Virus record (IMG/VR): IMGVR_UViG_3300011337_000669
DNA length: 64,000 bases
Source of the DNA: a virus
Taxonomy: Duplodnaviria; Caudoviricetes
Reading direction: 5' to 3' (one strand)
Shown: positions 29,315-40,104 of the stretch, one piece after another
Position numbering within the stretch: position 1 is the stretch's first letter
Layout of the letters: each line of letters begins with the position of its first letter
Position numbers and translations under genes: made by a program
Notes under the pieces: generated by a model
What the model saw: the letters and a program-made list of their open reading frames with translations, nothing else
The model's database searches: none
Told to the model about the DNA's origin: nothing

Positions 29315-30936
29315 TAACAGTAGGATATTCAACAAGAGAAAGTAAACCTGAGTTTATCGAGTATCTTAAAAAAAGTTCGGGGTTTAAAAAACTTGAAGTT
29401 ATTGAAAAAGTTAATGACGGCAAAAAATCCCTTGCTCAGGTTTACAATGAAATTTTATCCGAAGCGAAAACAGATATAGTTCTTCTTTGTCATGATGACA
29501 TTTATTTTGATACTCCCGCTTGGTATAGTAAACTCCTTAAACATTTTGAAAAAACTGATTTTGGTATTATCGGAATGGCGGGTACTACCTCAATGCCCGC
29601 AAGTGGGATGTGGTGGGAAGATAGAAAAAAAATGGTGGGTATCGTCAATCATGAAAAAGATGGGAAAAAATGGGAATCAAAGTATGCCGATGCTTTAGGT
29701 AATACTATATGTGAAACAGTTGTTGTAGATGGTTTATTCATTGCAATACATAAGAAAAGAATTAAAAAAACATTCAATGAGGAGTTTAATGGTTTTCACT
29801 TTTATGATATTCCATTCTGTTTTGAAAACCATTTAGAAGGAGTTAAAATTGGTGTTATCACTAACATTAGAATGACTCACAAGTCAATAGGTCAAACCAA
29901 TCAACAATGGGAAGAAAACCGTAAAATCTTTGAAGAAAAGTACAAATCTCATCTCCCAATAAAATTACCTATAGACCCTAATAAAAAACTCAAAGTATTA
30001 ATTAGTTGTTTATTTTTTAGAACATTTACAGGTTCCGAACTCTATGTATATGAGTTGGCAAAAAACTTAATTAAACAAAATTGTGATGTTACGGTCCTAT
30101 CTCAAATAGGAGGACCTTTGACTGATTTAGCGAAAAAACAAGGAATTAAATGTTTTTCATTTGAACAATCTCCAGGATTTAAGTTGGGGGATGGTAAGTG
30201 GGGTCTTACAACTGAAAATGGATTTCAAGCATCTCAAGAAAATGTCATGTACCGAATTGGTGAAGTGAATTTTGATTTGATACATATGCAACATAAACCA
30301 GTTGCGGAAAGAATGATTCAATTTTACCCTGAAATAGATAAAATTTATTCTATCCATTCTGAGGTGATTGAATTAGAAGATCCAATCAAACACGAGTCAA
30401 TCAAAAAGTATATTGCAATAAGACCTGAAATAAAGGAACATATTATAGATAAATTTGAAATTGATGAAAATTTGATTGAGGTTATTTATAATCCAGTTGA
30501 TAATGAAAAATTCAAACCCAAATCGGTAAAAGAAGAAAACTATGTTTTATTTGTAGGTACTATCGATTATCTAAGGAAAGAAACAATTATGGACTTAATC
30601 GATTATACATCAGACAATGGTAAAGAACTTTGGATAGTCGGTGAAGATAAATCCAATTATCTTCCCGCAATATTGATGAACTCACATGTAAAACACTTTT
30701 CTCCAACATGGAACGTAGAACCTTACGTCCAAAAATGTTCTGAGACTGCGGGTATCCAATTAGGAAGAACAACTATAGAAGGATGGATGTGTGGAAAACC
30801 AAGTTGGATTTATAAAGTTGACTCTGGTGGGTTTATTTTATCTAAAGAAAAATTCAATCCACCTTCAGATATTGAAAAATATTATGCCTCTAATGTCGCA
30901 TCTCAAATAAAAGAAGAATATAGAAAAATATTATAA
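29311..30936 (+). CDS. Bifunctional glycosyltransferase (GT2-like N-terminal plus GT4-like C-terminal domain)
   Basis: LLCHDDI, VDGLFIA, FHFYD; then TGSELYVYELA, VIYNPVD, GRTTIEGWMCG. Confidence 0.75.
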   Translation: MITVGYSTRESKPEFIEYLKKSSGFKKLEVIEKVNDGKKSLAQVYNEILSEAKTDIVLLCHDDIYFDTPAWYSKLLKHFEKTDFGIIGMAGTTSMPASGMWWEDRKKMVGIVNHEKDGKKWESKYADALGNTICETVVVDGLFIAIHKKRIKKTFNEEFNGFHFYDIPFCFENHLEGVKIGVITNIRMTHKSIGQTNQQWEENRKIFEEKYKSHLPIKLPIDPNKKLKVLISCLFFRTFTGSELYVYELAKNLIKQNCDVTVLSQIGGPLTDLAKKQGIKCFSFEQSPGFKLGDGKWGLTTENGFQASQENVMYRIGEVNFDLIHMQHKPVAERMIQFYPEIDKIYSIHSEVIELEDPIKHESIKKYIAIRPEIKEHIIDKFEIDENLIEVIYNPVDNEKFKPKSVKEENYVLFVGTIDYLRKETIMDLIDYTSDNGKELWIVGEDKSNYLPAILMNSHVKHFSPTWNVEPYVQKCSETAGIQLGRTTIEGWMCGKPSWIYKVDSGGFILSKEKFNPPSDIEKYYASNVASQIKEEYRKIL

Positions 30937-30973
30937 TGGATAGAATTATTGATTTGAAAGAAAACGAAATTAT

Positions 30974-32134
30974 ATGAGAATAGGTATTATCGGTGCAGGA
31001 AGATTAGGTCTTACTTTTGCACTATTATGTAAAAAAGCGGGATACGAAGTTATTGTGTCTGATAAACGTGAAGATTACGTATTTAACTTGAATAACGGAA
31101 TTTGTAATACAAACGAACCATTAATTCAAAAAATGTTGTTTGAAATTGAAAATTTCAGTGCGACAACTAACAATATTGAAATCATTGAAAACTCAGACAT
31201 TATATTCACATTTGTTGCAACACCATCTACAACTGACGGTAGTTATGACACGTCCGCAGTTTTTGAAGTTGCTAATGATTTTTTTGAATCTTCTAAATTA
31301 GATATACCGGTTTTTAATAAAAAATTCATTATTGGTTGTACGACTAATCCTGGTGACGTTGGACAAATTCAAAATAAACTATCCATGTTTAGTATACAAG
31401 TTGCATACAATCCTGAATTTATAGAACAAGGAGAAATAGTCAAAGGGTTGGAACAATCCGATATAGTTTTAATTGGCACCGAATATCAAGAATTGTCCAA
31501 TGAGTTAATTCAAATATACAATAGAATACAAACTACCCCTGTCCACGCGCATATAATGTCACCAAAAGCCGCAGAAATTACTAAAATTGGTATAAATTGT
31601 TTTTTAACCACCAAAATTAGTTATGCCAATATGATGGGAGATATTTTAACAAAATCAAATTTGGGTAATGAAATTGATTCTGTTTTGAATGCGGTAGGTG
31701 GTGATAGTCGCGTTGGAAAAAAATATATGAAGTATGGATTTGGATTTGGGGGTCCATGTTTACCAAGAGATAATAGAGCTTTGGGTCATTATTCTAACGA
31801 ACTTGGATTAAAATTAAATCTTCCTCTCACGGTAGATGAATTTAATAAAGAACATGCGGAGTTTATCAAGAATTTTTTTATCGGACAAAATCCTGACAAG
31901 GGTATACCTTTTGTCATGAATTACGTAACATATAAACGAGGAACCGATATACTGGAGGAGTCACAACAATTAAAATTATGTTTGGATTTATTGGAAGAAG
32001 GATATTATGTAAACGTAATAGAAATAGAACCAGTTATTAAACAGTTATCAGATTTAAGTGAACAATTTAACAATAGATTAAAATTCTATAAACCAGGAAC
32101 ATCTCCTGAAGGGTTTGTAATTAACCTACAATGA
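30974..32134 (+). CDS. ugd: UDP-glucose/GDP-mannose 6-dehydrogenase family protein
   Basis: GIIGAGRLG Rossmann motif, FVATPS, YNPEF, AEITK..IN, GFGFGGPCLPRD with the catalytic Cys. Confidence 0.85.
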   Translation: MRIGIIGAGRLGLTFALLCKKAGYEVIVSDKREDYVFNLNNGICNTNEPLIQKMLFEIENFSATTNNIEIIENSDIIFTFVATPSTTDGSYDTSAVFEVANDFFESSKLDIPVFNKKFIIGCTTNPGDVGQIQNKLSMFSIQVAYNPEFIEQGEIVKGLEQSDIVLIGTEYQELSNELIQIYNRIQTTPVHAHIMSPKAAEITKIGINCFLTTKISYANMMGDILTKSNLGNEIDSVLNAVGGDSRVGKKYMKYGFGFGGPCLPRDNRALGHYSNELGLKLNLPLTVDEFNKEHAEFIKNFFIGQNPDKGIPFVMNYVTYKRGTDILEESQQLKLCLDLLEEGYYVNVIEIEPVIKQLSDLSEQFNNRLKFYKPGTSPEGFVINLQ

Positions 32135-32859
32135 TAAAATTCGTAGTTTGCGTTTGGAACGCAGAAAAATATATAAAAAATTGTATCAGAACTTTGAAGT
32201 CCCAACAAGATAGGGATTTCAAAGTTTTTATCATTGATGATGTATCTACAGATAATACCGTAGAAATAACTAAATCATTAATTGTAGATGATAATAGATT
32301 CCATTTAATAGTTAACTCAGAGAAAAAATTTAAGTTAAAAAATTTAGATGAATTAATACCAACATTTGAAGATAATGATATTATAATTGAATTAGATGGG
32401 GACGATTTTTTACTTAATTCAGAAGTTGTTTCTGACATCCGTAAAATTTATTCAGATGGTAAAGTTTGGTTAACTAATGGTTCCTTTATGTATTCTAATG
32501 GCAATCCAGGATTTTCAAGTAAATGTAATCCTGATACAGTTCGTAAGGATGTCTTTAGATTTTCTCACCTAAGGACTTGGAAAACCTTCTTATGGAAATC
32601 CATTCCAAAAAATTATCTTAAAGATGATAATGGAGAATATTTCAAGTCAGCAGCTGATGTCGCATATACCTTTTCACTTTTAGAATTAGCAGGAGAAGAA
32701 AATTATAGATTTTTACCTAAACTATATTACGTTTATAATGAACAATCTCCATATAATGATCACAAACCAGGAAGCGCAACTGGAGGGGGGCATCGAGAAC
32801 AAGAAAGATGTTCAAACATAATACGTAATAAACCAAAATTAAATAAATTAATTAGATGA
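32131..32859 (+). CDS. GT2 glycosyltransferase
   Basis: IIDDVSTDNT, IELDGDD, SAADVAY. Confidence 0.8.
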   Translation: MIKFVVCVWNAEKYIKNCIRTLKSQQDRDFKVFIIDDVSTDNTVEITKSLIVDDNRFHLIVNSEKKFKLKNLDELIPTFEDNDIIIELDGDDFLLNSEVVSDIRKIYSDGKVWLTNGSFMYSNGNPGFSSKCNPDTVRKDVFRFSHLRTWKTFLWKSIPKNYLKDDNGEYFKSAADVAYTFSLLELAGEENYRFLPKLYYVYNEQSPYNDHKPGSATGGGHREQERCSNIIRNKPKLNKLIR

Positions 32860-33665
32860 GTAACTTAATATCATGTAATTTAATGGGTGGATTAGGAAAT
32901 CAAATTTTTCAAGCGGCGCACGCTATAGCTCAAGGAATTACACATAATCGCGAAGTGGTTTTTGTTCCTAGATCTTGGACTCCCATGCAGGGAAGACAAA
33001 CACAAAACTATATTAATAATATTTTCCGTAATCTAAAGTTTGTTGACAACATAGATGGATTTGAAAAAGTAATGGAAGGACCTTGGGAGTTTAGTGAAGT
33101 ATTCGTTAAAAATCACGATACCGTATTTGACGGATATTTCCAAAGTTCCAAAAATTTTTTAGGACATGATGATAGAATTAGAAATATATTCTCACCAACT
33201 GAAGAATTCATTAGTGAAATGATGGATAAACATCCTGAATTACATCAAGAAAAAACGTTGTCAGTTCACATCCGAAGAGGTGACCTATTTATGAATCCTG
33301 ACATCCACCCAATAGCAAATGAAAAATATGTTGAAAAAGCATTAAAAGAAATTGGAGAATATTCTCATGTGTTTGTTTTCAGTGATGATAAAGAATGGGT
33401 TAAAGAAAATTTAAAGTTTGAAAATGTAACATATGTTGATGATGTTGATTACAAAGAAATGTGGTTAATGTCCTTGTGTAAAAATAACATTATTGTAAAT
33501 TCTACTTTCTCATGGTGGGGAAGTTTCTTAAATAAGAACCCTAATAAAAAAGTAATTGCGCCATCGATTTGGTTTGGTCCCAGAGGTCCAAGAAATTATA
33601 AAGATATATACGAGCCAAACTGGACTGTATTAAAAGTAAATTATGAAGACGGATGGTTAAACTAA
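32856..33665 (+). CDS. GT11 alpha-1,2-fucosyltransferase-like protein
   Basis: LMGGLGNQIFQ, DGYFQS, SVHIRRGD, VFSDD, NSTFSWWG. Confidence 0.9.
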   Translation: MSNLISCNLMGGLGNQIFQAAHAIAQGITHNREVVFVPRSWTPMQGRQTQNYINNIFRNLKFVDNIDGFEKVMEGPWEFSEVFVKNHDTVFDGYFQSSKNFLGHDDRIRNIFSPTEEFISEMMDKHPELHQEKTLSVHIRRGDLFMNPDIHPIANEKYVEKALKEIGEYSHVFVFSDDKEWVKENLKFENVTYVDDVDYKEMWLMSLCKNNIIVNSTFSWWGSFLNKNPNKKVIAPSIWFGPRGPRNYKDIYEPNWTVLKVNYEDGWLN

Positions 33666-34471
33666 ACATGTTATCAAGAAATTTCGCACACGACAAAGGG
33701 TCAACTGCGAACAAAGCTCCAGTTCATATTGAATGGTGTTTTAATAGTTATGAAAATCCAATATCAGTTTATTTGGATAATGATTTGTTTAAAGGAATTG
33801 AAGACCACAAAGTTGATAATGGTACTAAGAAAAAATTTCTTTGGGTTATTGAATCAAGAAAGTTTGATGGTGGTGCTGTAGACAATATTAAAAATAATTT
33901 AGATTCAGTATTAGAAACATTTGAACAAATTTGGACACATAATGATGAATTATTATCATTACATCCAAAATTCAAATGGACACCATCATATGGTGTTTAC
34001 ATTAAAGAATTTGGAATTTATCCAAAAAATAAGATGTCTTCAATGATTACGTCTAATAAAAGATGGACTCGTCAACATGAAATCAGACATGATTTTGCCA
34101 TGGCAAACCAAGATAAAATCGATGTTTTTGGTAGAGGAATTAATGAAATACCCAATAAAGAAATAGGATTAAAAGATTATATGTTTTCATTTGCAGTTGA
34201 AAATGATACTTATGACACTTATTTCACTGAAAAGATTTTGGATTGTTTCGCAACAGGAACTATCCCTGTTTATATGGGTACAAAAAAAGTTGTAGAATAT
34301 TTCAACCCTGAGGGAATAATTTTCTTTGATGGTACTTTCGATTTATCGTTACTAACTGAAGAATTATACCAATCAAAAATGGATGCGATAAAAGACAACT
34401 ACGACAGAGTACAAAAGTACAGTGTTTTGGATGATTGGATTTTTGAAAACTATTTAATAGATTATGTCTAA
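33653..34471 (+). CDS. GT10-like glycosyltransferase
   Basis: YMFSFAVEN...YFTEKILDCFATGTIPVYMG. Confidence 0.8.
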   Translation: MVKLNMLSRNFAHDKGSTANKAPVHIEWCFNSYENPISVYLDNDLFKGIEDHKVDNGTKKKFLWVIESRKFDGGAVDNIKNNLDSVLETFEQIWTHNDELLSLHPKFKWTPSYGVYIKEFGIYPKNKMSSMITSNKRWTRQHEIRHDFAMANQDKIDVFGRGINEIPNKEIGLKDYMFSFAVENDTYDTYFTEKILDCFATGTIPVYMGTKKVVEYFNPEGIIFFDGTFDLSLLTEELYQSKMDAIKDNYDRVQKYSVLDDWIFENYLIDYV

Positions 34472-35168
34472 GATTTGTTTAATAAGACAACCTGCAGGTA
34501 TTGGTGATATTTTTTTTACCCAAAAAATTGCCAAAGATTATATCTCAAGAGGGTATACTGTTATATGGCCAGTGATTTCACAATTTGAATTCATTAAAGA
34601 TTATATTAAGGTAGATAACTTAATGTTTGTTAACGAAAATTCTGATTTCCCTCATAAAAATATCTATCATGAAGGTTATTCCAAACCAATGGTAATTAAT
34701 GTAAACGATGTTTACCTCCCAATTCAACATTTTGATAGACATCATAATGGATCTGTTATGCATGCAAAATACAAGTTAGTCGATATGGATTTTGGAGATT
34801 GGTTAGATTATTTTTCATTCGAACGAAATTTGGAACGTGAACAAAAACTAATCGACCATTTTGATGCAAACAACAAAGAATTTGTATTTGTTAACCGAAT
34901 GTTTGGTTCTCCACCAGATTCAAAACCATGTCCACATATGGGACAATTCGAAAATTCGATTGAAATGACTTATTTAGGATGGGACAATCTTTTTGATTGG
35001 ATTGGCTTATTGTTAAAGGCAAAGCATATCTACACAGTCGAAACTTCGATTCTATATATAATTAATAAATTAGGGTTAAAAAATGTTACGGTTTACTCAA
35101 GACATAACCCTCCGAGTTTTCATCAAGTAGAACATATGTTCGATAAAGATTTAACTTATATAAAATGA
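34464..35168 (+). CDS. Putative glycosyltransferase (distant GT9-like)
   Basis: N-terminal AGIGDIF and C-terminal LLKAKHIYTVETS resemble GT9 motifs; context. Confidence 0.4.
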   Translation: MSKICLIRQPAGIGDIFFTQKIAKDYISRGYTVIWPVISQFEFIKDYIKVDNLMFVNENSDFPHKNIYHEGYSKPMVINVNDVYLPIQHFDRHHNGSVMHAKYKLVDMDFGDWLDYFSFERNLEREQKLIDHFDANNKEFVFVNRMFGSPPDSKPCPHMGQFENSIEMTYLGWDNLFDWIGLLLKAKHIYTVETSILYIINKLGLKNVTVYSRHNPPSFHQVEHMFDKDLTYIK

Positions 35169-35548
35169 TACACGTACCTGTTAGCGTTGGAGAATTGATT
35201 GATAAATTGTCAATCCTGCATGTAAAAAGCATCAAAATAACTAATGAAGAAAAATTAGTACTAGTTAATAAAGAATTTGAATTACTTTATAATTTATCAT
35301 CAGTTTATCTAAATTCTTCTGAAATTGAATTATTATATCATCAATTGTGTAATATAAATGAAAAACTATGGGATATTGAAGATGAATTACGAATATTAGA
35401 AACAAGAAAATCTTTTAATGTAGATTTTATAGAACTTGCAAGAGGCGTTTATTATACAAATGACGAAAGATTTAGAATAAAAAATGAAATAAACCAAATC
35501 ACCGATTCAGAAATTAGAGAGGTGAAAGAATATGTAAAATATAACTAA
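35165..35548 (+). CDS. DUF6165-like protein
   Basis: VPVSVGELIDKLSILHVK..I, LWDIED, FIELARGVYYTNDER..IKNEIN. Confidence 0.7.
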   Translation: MIHVPVSVGELIDKLSILHVKSIKITNEEKLVLVNKEFELLYNLSSVYLNSSEIELLYHQLCNINEKLWDIEDELRILETRKSFNVDFIELARGVYYTNDERFRIKNEINQITDSEIREVKEYVKYN

Positions 35549-35557
35549 ATATAGATA

Positions 35558-36430
35558 ATGGAAAAAATTTCAATTATTTGTGTAGTTAGAAATGACCAAT
35601 ATGGACTAAATCAAGTAGATAGAACTATCGGATTTCTTAAATCATTGAATGAAATTCCAAATAAACAAAGTTATGAAATAATTTTTGTCGAGTGGAACCC
35701 GTTACAAAATGACATAAGTTTTTACGAAAAATATTTGGATTACTTTCCGAATAATATTAATTATAAAATTGTAACAGTTTCTAAACAAACTCATGAATCT
35801 ATTTATAACCCACTTCAACTACCATTATTTGAATATTATGGAAAAAATGTAGGGGCTCGTCATACCTCAACAGATTTTTTTATTTTTACAAATCCTGATA
35901 ATATTTTCTTTCCACAAACTTGGATAGACATTGAATCATATATATCTGAAGATTATTTTATGAGACTATGTAGGTCTGACGTTAGATTTACAGATTCAAG
36001 TATAATTCATAATACAAAAGGAGTTGAGACTATAAAAAGTTTAATGCAAAATCATTTTCACTTTTATGAAACTCCTGCGTATCATTTAAATAAGGCCGAA
36101 TTTTACGAAGAAATGACTGAAGGATTTATTTGGGAAATAAATCATGAAGGAGCTTCTGGTGACTTTTTTGGTATTAGTAAGAAAAACTTCTATAAACTTA
36201 AAGGATATCGTGAATATTGGACATATGGAGTTTATGACGGATTAATTTGTCGAGACTCCAAAAAAATTGGATTGAACCAATTTATTCTACCAAAATATTC
36301 AGTACACATTGATCATTCAAGACCTCATCTTGGTTCCAAACAAATGACTGATTATAATATGGAGAATGTTAACGGAGAAGATTGGGGATTACATAATAAA
36401 AACGGAATTTCAGTAATGGAATTCATTTAA
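35558..36430 (+). CDS. GT-A (GT2-like) glycosyltransferase
   Basis: YEIIFVEWNP, KNVGARH, FTNPDN, ASGDF, GYRE; paralogue of 37107-37952. Confidence 0.6.
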   Translation: MEKISIICVVRNDQYGLNQVDRTIGFLKSLNEIPNKQSYEIIFVEWNPLQNDISFYEKYLDYFPNNINYKIVTVSKQTHESIYNPLQLPLFEYYGKNVGARHTSTDFFIFTNPDNIFFPQTWIDIESYISEDYFMRLCRSDVRFTDSSIIHNTKGVETIKSLMQNHFHFYETPAYHLNKAEFYEEMTEGFIWEINHEGASGDFFGISKKNFYKLKGYREYWTYGVYDGLICRDSKKIGLNQFILPKYSVHIDHSRPHLGSKQMTDYNMENVNGEDWGLHNKNGISVMEFI

Positions 36431-36441
36431 AACAAAAAAAA

Positions 36442-37107
36442 ATGAGTTTATTTGGGGCATTTTGGGATTTGGGACATGATAATGATCCGAACATTGTTGG
36501 AATCCAAAATTTTGGAAATGGACGTGGGTTATTTTATAATTTACAATGGCAACCGAGAGGGGTTCTACATATAGGAGCGTGGGACGCTTGGGAGGCGAAA
36601 CAATATGCCACTTTTTGTGGGAGTAATTGTGTATGGATAGAAGCTCATCCTAATTCATTTGAAAGATTCAGGAATGAAGTTGAAAAACATGGTCAAAAAA
36701 TATACAATTACGCAGCATGGAATGTCGATGATTTGGAACTTAATTTTTATTGTCCTCCATCAAATCAAGATTCCAGTTCTTTAATTGAACAACAAGGTAA
36801 TGTTATAAAAACAAAAACAATAACTATTAATACATTGTTCAATAGAGAAAATTTGAATTTTACCGATTATGATTTTTTAAATATTGATACTGAAGGGGCT
36901 GAATTACAAGTTTTAGAAGGAATTGATGATAATATAAAAAACTTTGAATTTATTATCATTGAGGTAAGTGATTTAGGATCAGATTTCGATAAATCCATCA
37001 ATAAAATATTAGAAGAAAAAGGTTTTGTATGGATTAAAGATAGTACACATCACATTAGTTCAGTTAATGGTAAATCTTTTTGTGATAAACTTTATAAAAA
37101 AAGATAA
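36442..37107 (+). CDS. FkbM-family methyltransferase
   Basis: VLHIGAWD, WIEAHP, FLNIDTEGAELQVLEG. Confidence 0.85.
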   Translation: MSLFGAFWDLGHDNDPNIVGIQNFGNGRGLFYNLQWQPRGVLHIGAWDAWEAKQYATFCGSNCVWIEAHPNSFERFRNEVEKHGQKIYNYAAWNVDDLELNFYCPPSNQDSSSLIEQQGNVIKTKTITINTLFNRENLNFTDYDFLNIDTEGAELQVLEGIDDNIKNFEFIIIEVSDLGSDFDKSINKILEEKGFVWIKDSTHHISSVNGKSFCDKLYKKR

Positions 37108-37952
37108 TGAGAGAAAAAATTTCAGTAGTTATAATTGGAAAAAATGATAACTATGGTGGTGATTTGATACATCGATTAACTCATTGTTTAAATGTTTTAA
37201 CACAATCATTCGAAGAAATTATTTACGTTGATTGGAAATCGAACGGAAAAACTTTGATAGAAGAAGTTATTGAAAATATTGTGAGGAGAGATAAGATTAA
37301 ATCTTACATTGTTACTGAGCAAGATATAGAAAATAATAATCCTGAATATATTAATTACTCAATTGTTGAGGTAATTGCAAGAAATATCGGAATTAGACGA
37401 TCGACAAATGAATGGATATTGGTGACTAACGTTGACGTTTTAATCGAAGAGTTTGAGTTATCGGAATTTAATAAGCACACACTCTACACATCCGCAAGAA
37501 TTGATATCCCACAAGAAGTTCATATCAAATATAATGATTCAATGGAATTACTAAATTTCATTAAAGAAAATAAAAACAAATTCAAAATGCAACCTGATGC
37601 TGTTATTGACGGAAAGTCAGTTTGGGATTCAGGTGACGTATGGTCTTTGGTTGTGGGCTGTGGTGATTTTCAATTTGCACATAAAGATGTATGGTATGGT
37701 ATTAGGGGTTTTGAAGAGTCATTTGGTGGTAGATGTTATGCCGATTCTAATTTGATGAAGAAAGGTTCTTTATATTTTGATATTAAAAAGGCTGAAGTTA
37801 CACTATATCATTTAAATCACGGGACTAATAAAAATTCATTACCCAATGAAATATTACCAATGAACGATAGACTTGTTTGTGTTAATAATTTTACGGAAAC
37901 ATCAAATTCGGAAAATTGGGGATGGGGTAACTATGACTTAAAAAAATTATAA
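37107..37952 (+). CDS. GT-A (GT2-like) glycosyltransferase
   Basis: NDNYGG, IIYVDWKS, ARNIGIRR, VTNVD, GCGDFQ, GFEES. Confidence 0.65.
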   Translation: MREKISVVIIGKNDNYGGDLIHRLTHCLNVLTQSFEEIIYVDWKSNGKTLIEEVIENIVRRDKIKSYIVTEQDIENNNPEYINYSIVEVIARNIGIRRSTNEWILVTNVDVLIEEFELSEFNKHTLYTSARIDIPQEVHIKYNDSMELLNFIKENKNKFKMQPDAVIDGKSVWDSGDVWSLVVGCGDFQFAHKDVWYGIRGFEESFGGRCYADSNLMKKGSLYFDIKKAEVTLYHLNHGTNKNSLPNEILPMNDRLVCVNNFTETSNSENWGWGNYDLKKL

Positions 37953-37965
37953 AAAATAAATTAAT

Positions 37966-38562
37966 ATGTACGGAGAACAAATGTATAAAGAATGGTTGTC
38001 GGAAATACCATCAGAATTAAATATTGTAATAGATATTGGTAGCAATTACGGAGAGTTTATAAATCTTTTAAGTAATAAAAAAATTAAAGAGTTACATTAT
38101 TTTGAACCAGATATTGATAATTTTTCCAAGTGTTCCGAACTTATGTCTAAGTTTAATTTTACTCATGGTCATAATTATGGAATTTTTTATGGTACGAAAG
38201 AATCTAAAGTGCAGGGGGTTGGAGACAATAATGATGGAGGATATATGGTTTCTGAAATTGATGATGAATTTAAAGATGAAATTTGGGGAGATAAAATAGT
38301 GACATATGATGGTAAAATATTCAAGCTTGAAACTCTTGAATATTTCTTACATCAACCTGTAGATCTCGTCAAATTAGATGTTGAAGCATCTGAATACAAT
38401 ATATTAGAAAACTCCGAACTAATAAAACAATCGAAATATATTTTTGTTGAGTGGCATAATAAACCGATGTCTTTTGTCCATAGTTTCATTAACAAACATC
38501 TTCCAATGTATGAAAAATACAAAGAACATGAACAGCATACTTTTTTGAAATTAAAGATATGA
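37966..38562 (+). CDS. FkbM-family methyltransferase
   Basis: VIDIGSNYG, YFEPD, LVKLDVEASEY. Confidence 0.85.
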   Translation: MYGEQMYKEWLSEIPSELNIVIDIGSNYGEFINLLSNKKIKELHYFEPDIDNFSKCSELMSKFNFTHGHNYGIFYGTKESKVQGVGDNNDGGYMVSEIDDEFKDEIWGDKIVTYDGKIFKLETLEYFLHQPVDLVKLDVEASEYNILENSELIKQSKYIFVEWHNKPMSFVHSFINKHLPMYEKYKEHEQHTFLKLKI

Positions 38563-39167
38563 AGTTAAATTTAGATTATACTAACGACCCGAGATGGGGA
38601 AAAATGTCGGACATACATAAAAAATCATTACCGATACCAAGTGTGTTCGTGAGTATTCTTTATCAGTACCAAGATAAAATACCTAACTTGAATGAAGTAA
38701 ATTTTGCGATTGAGACAGGGACGTACGATGCGAGTACTTCTGTAATTTTGGCGGAACATTTTGATGTTGTATTCACAGTGGAATTATTTCCTGACCGTAA
38801 CCCATATGATGGAAAAAGTTATAGAGAAATTTATAAAGAACTTTCAGAAAAATATGGTAACCTTACTTTCTTAGAAGGTAATTCAAGTGATGTATTAAAA
38901 TCAGTTTTAGAAGAATTACCTGATGAAAGATTCTTAATCCTATTGGATGCTCACAGTATGTTAGATGGTCCATTAAAAGAAGAATTAGGGGCTATTAAGG
39001 AGGCAAGTAACCGTACTGATCATGTAATGTTAATTGACGACTGTAGAGACTTAGGTCAAGGAAATTTCCCAACACTACAAGAGTTTAAAGACTCATTATA
39101 TAACATTAACCCTAATTATACAATCATAAACACAATGGAAGGTAACCACGTTTATTTAGTTTATTAA
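38559..39167 (+). CDS. Putative class I methyltransferase
   Basis: AIETGTY, TVEL, LEGNSS, LLDAH, LIDDCR. Confidence 0.65.
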   Translation: MKLNLDYTNDPRWGKMSDIHKKSLPIPSVFVSILYQYQDKIPNLNEVNFAIETGTYDASTSVILAEHFDVVFTVELFPDRNPYDGKSYREIYKELSEKYGNLTFLEGNSSDVLKSVLEELPDERFLILLDAHSMLDGPLKEELGAIKEASNRTDHVMLIDDCRDLGQGNFPTLQEFKDSLYNINPNYTIINTMEGNHVYLVY

Positions 39168-39168
39168 T

Positions 39169-40104
39169 ATGAAAAAATTTATTATAACAACAACAATCAA
39201 TAGTCCAACAGAAGCAACTATAAAATTCTGTAAGATTGCAGATAAAAAGGATTTTCAATTTGTTATCGTTGGTGATACCAAAACTCCACATGATGAGTAT
39301 CATGAATTGGAAGAACAATATGAAAACGTAATTTATCTTACTCCTGAAATACAATCGGAATTGTATCCTGAGTTGTCCGAAATTATCGGATGGAAGACCA
39401 TTCAAAGACGTAATATTGGTTTTGTTTATGCATATGAAAATGGAGCTGAAATTGTCGCCACAGTCGATGATGATAATATACCTTATGAATTCTGGGGTGA
39501 TAACATATTACTGGGTCAAGAAATTGAAGTGGATGAATATGAAAACTTGTCATGTCCTTACTTTGATGCAATTTCCACAACAGAACATAATGATTTATGG
39601 CATAGAGGATTTCCAATTGAATATCTACAAGTAAAAAATAATATAGAATATAAAGGAAAAACTAAAATCACACCTTTAGTTCAAGCGGAGTTTTGGGATG
39701 GAGATCCAGATATAGATGCAATTTGTAGATTAAGTAAAAAACCTATCGTCAAATTCAAATCTTTTGACCCTTTCACAACAAAACAATTAACTCCATTCAA
39801 CTCACAGAACACATTCCTACACAGAAGTATCCTTAAGTATTATTCAGTATTTCCATACACAGGAAGAATGGATGACATTTGGGGATCATATGTAATGCAA
39901 CACTATTTTCCAAATTCAGTGATTTTTGCAAAAGCTTCTGTTTATCAAGCAAGAAATCCACAAGATCTTGTAAAAAATTTGGAGAACGAAGTGATTGGTT
40001 ACAGAGGTACATTAAACCTTATTGATAACATCGAAAAATTTAGGGATTTACTTCCTACTAAAACTGTCGAATATTTTGACATATATCAAAAATACTTTAA
40101 CTAA
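39169..40104 (+). CDS. STELLO/DUF288-like glycosyltransferase
   Basis: ITTTINSPT, IVGDTKTP, RRNIGFVYA, TVDDDN, FNSQNT, RMDDIWGSY. Confidence 0.75.
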   Translation: MKKFIITTTINSPTEATIKFCKIADKKDFQFVIVGDTKTPHDEYHELEEQYENVIYLTPEIQSELYPELSEIIGWKTIQRRNIGFVYAYENGAEIVATVDDDNIPYEFWGDNILLGQEIEVDEYENLSCPYFDAISTTEHNDLWHRGFPIEYLQVKNNIEYKGKTKITPLVQAEFWDGDPDIDAICRLSKKPIVKFKSFDPFTTKQLTPFNSQNTFLHRSILKYYSVFPYTGRMDDIWGSYVMQHYFPNSVIFAKASVYQARNPQDLVKNLENEVIGYRGTLNLIDNIEKFRDLLPTKTVEYFDIYQKYFN

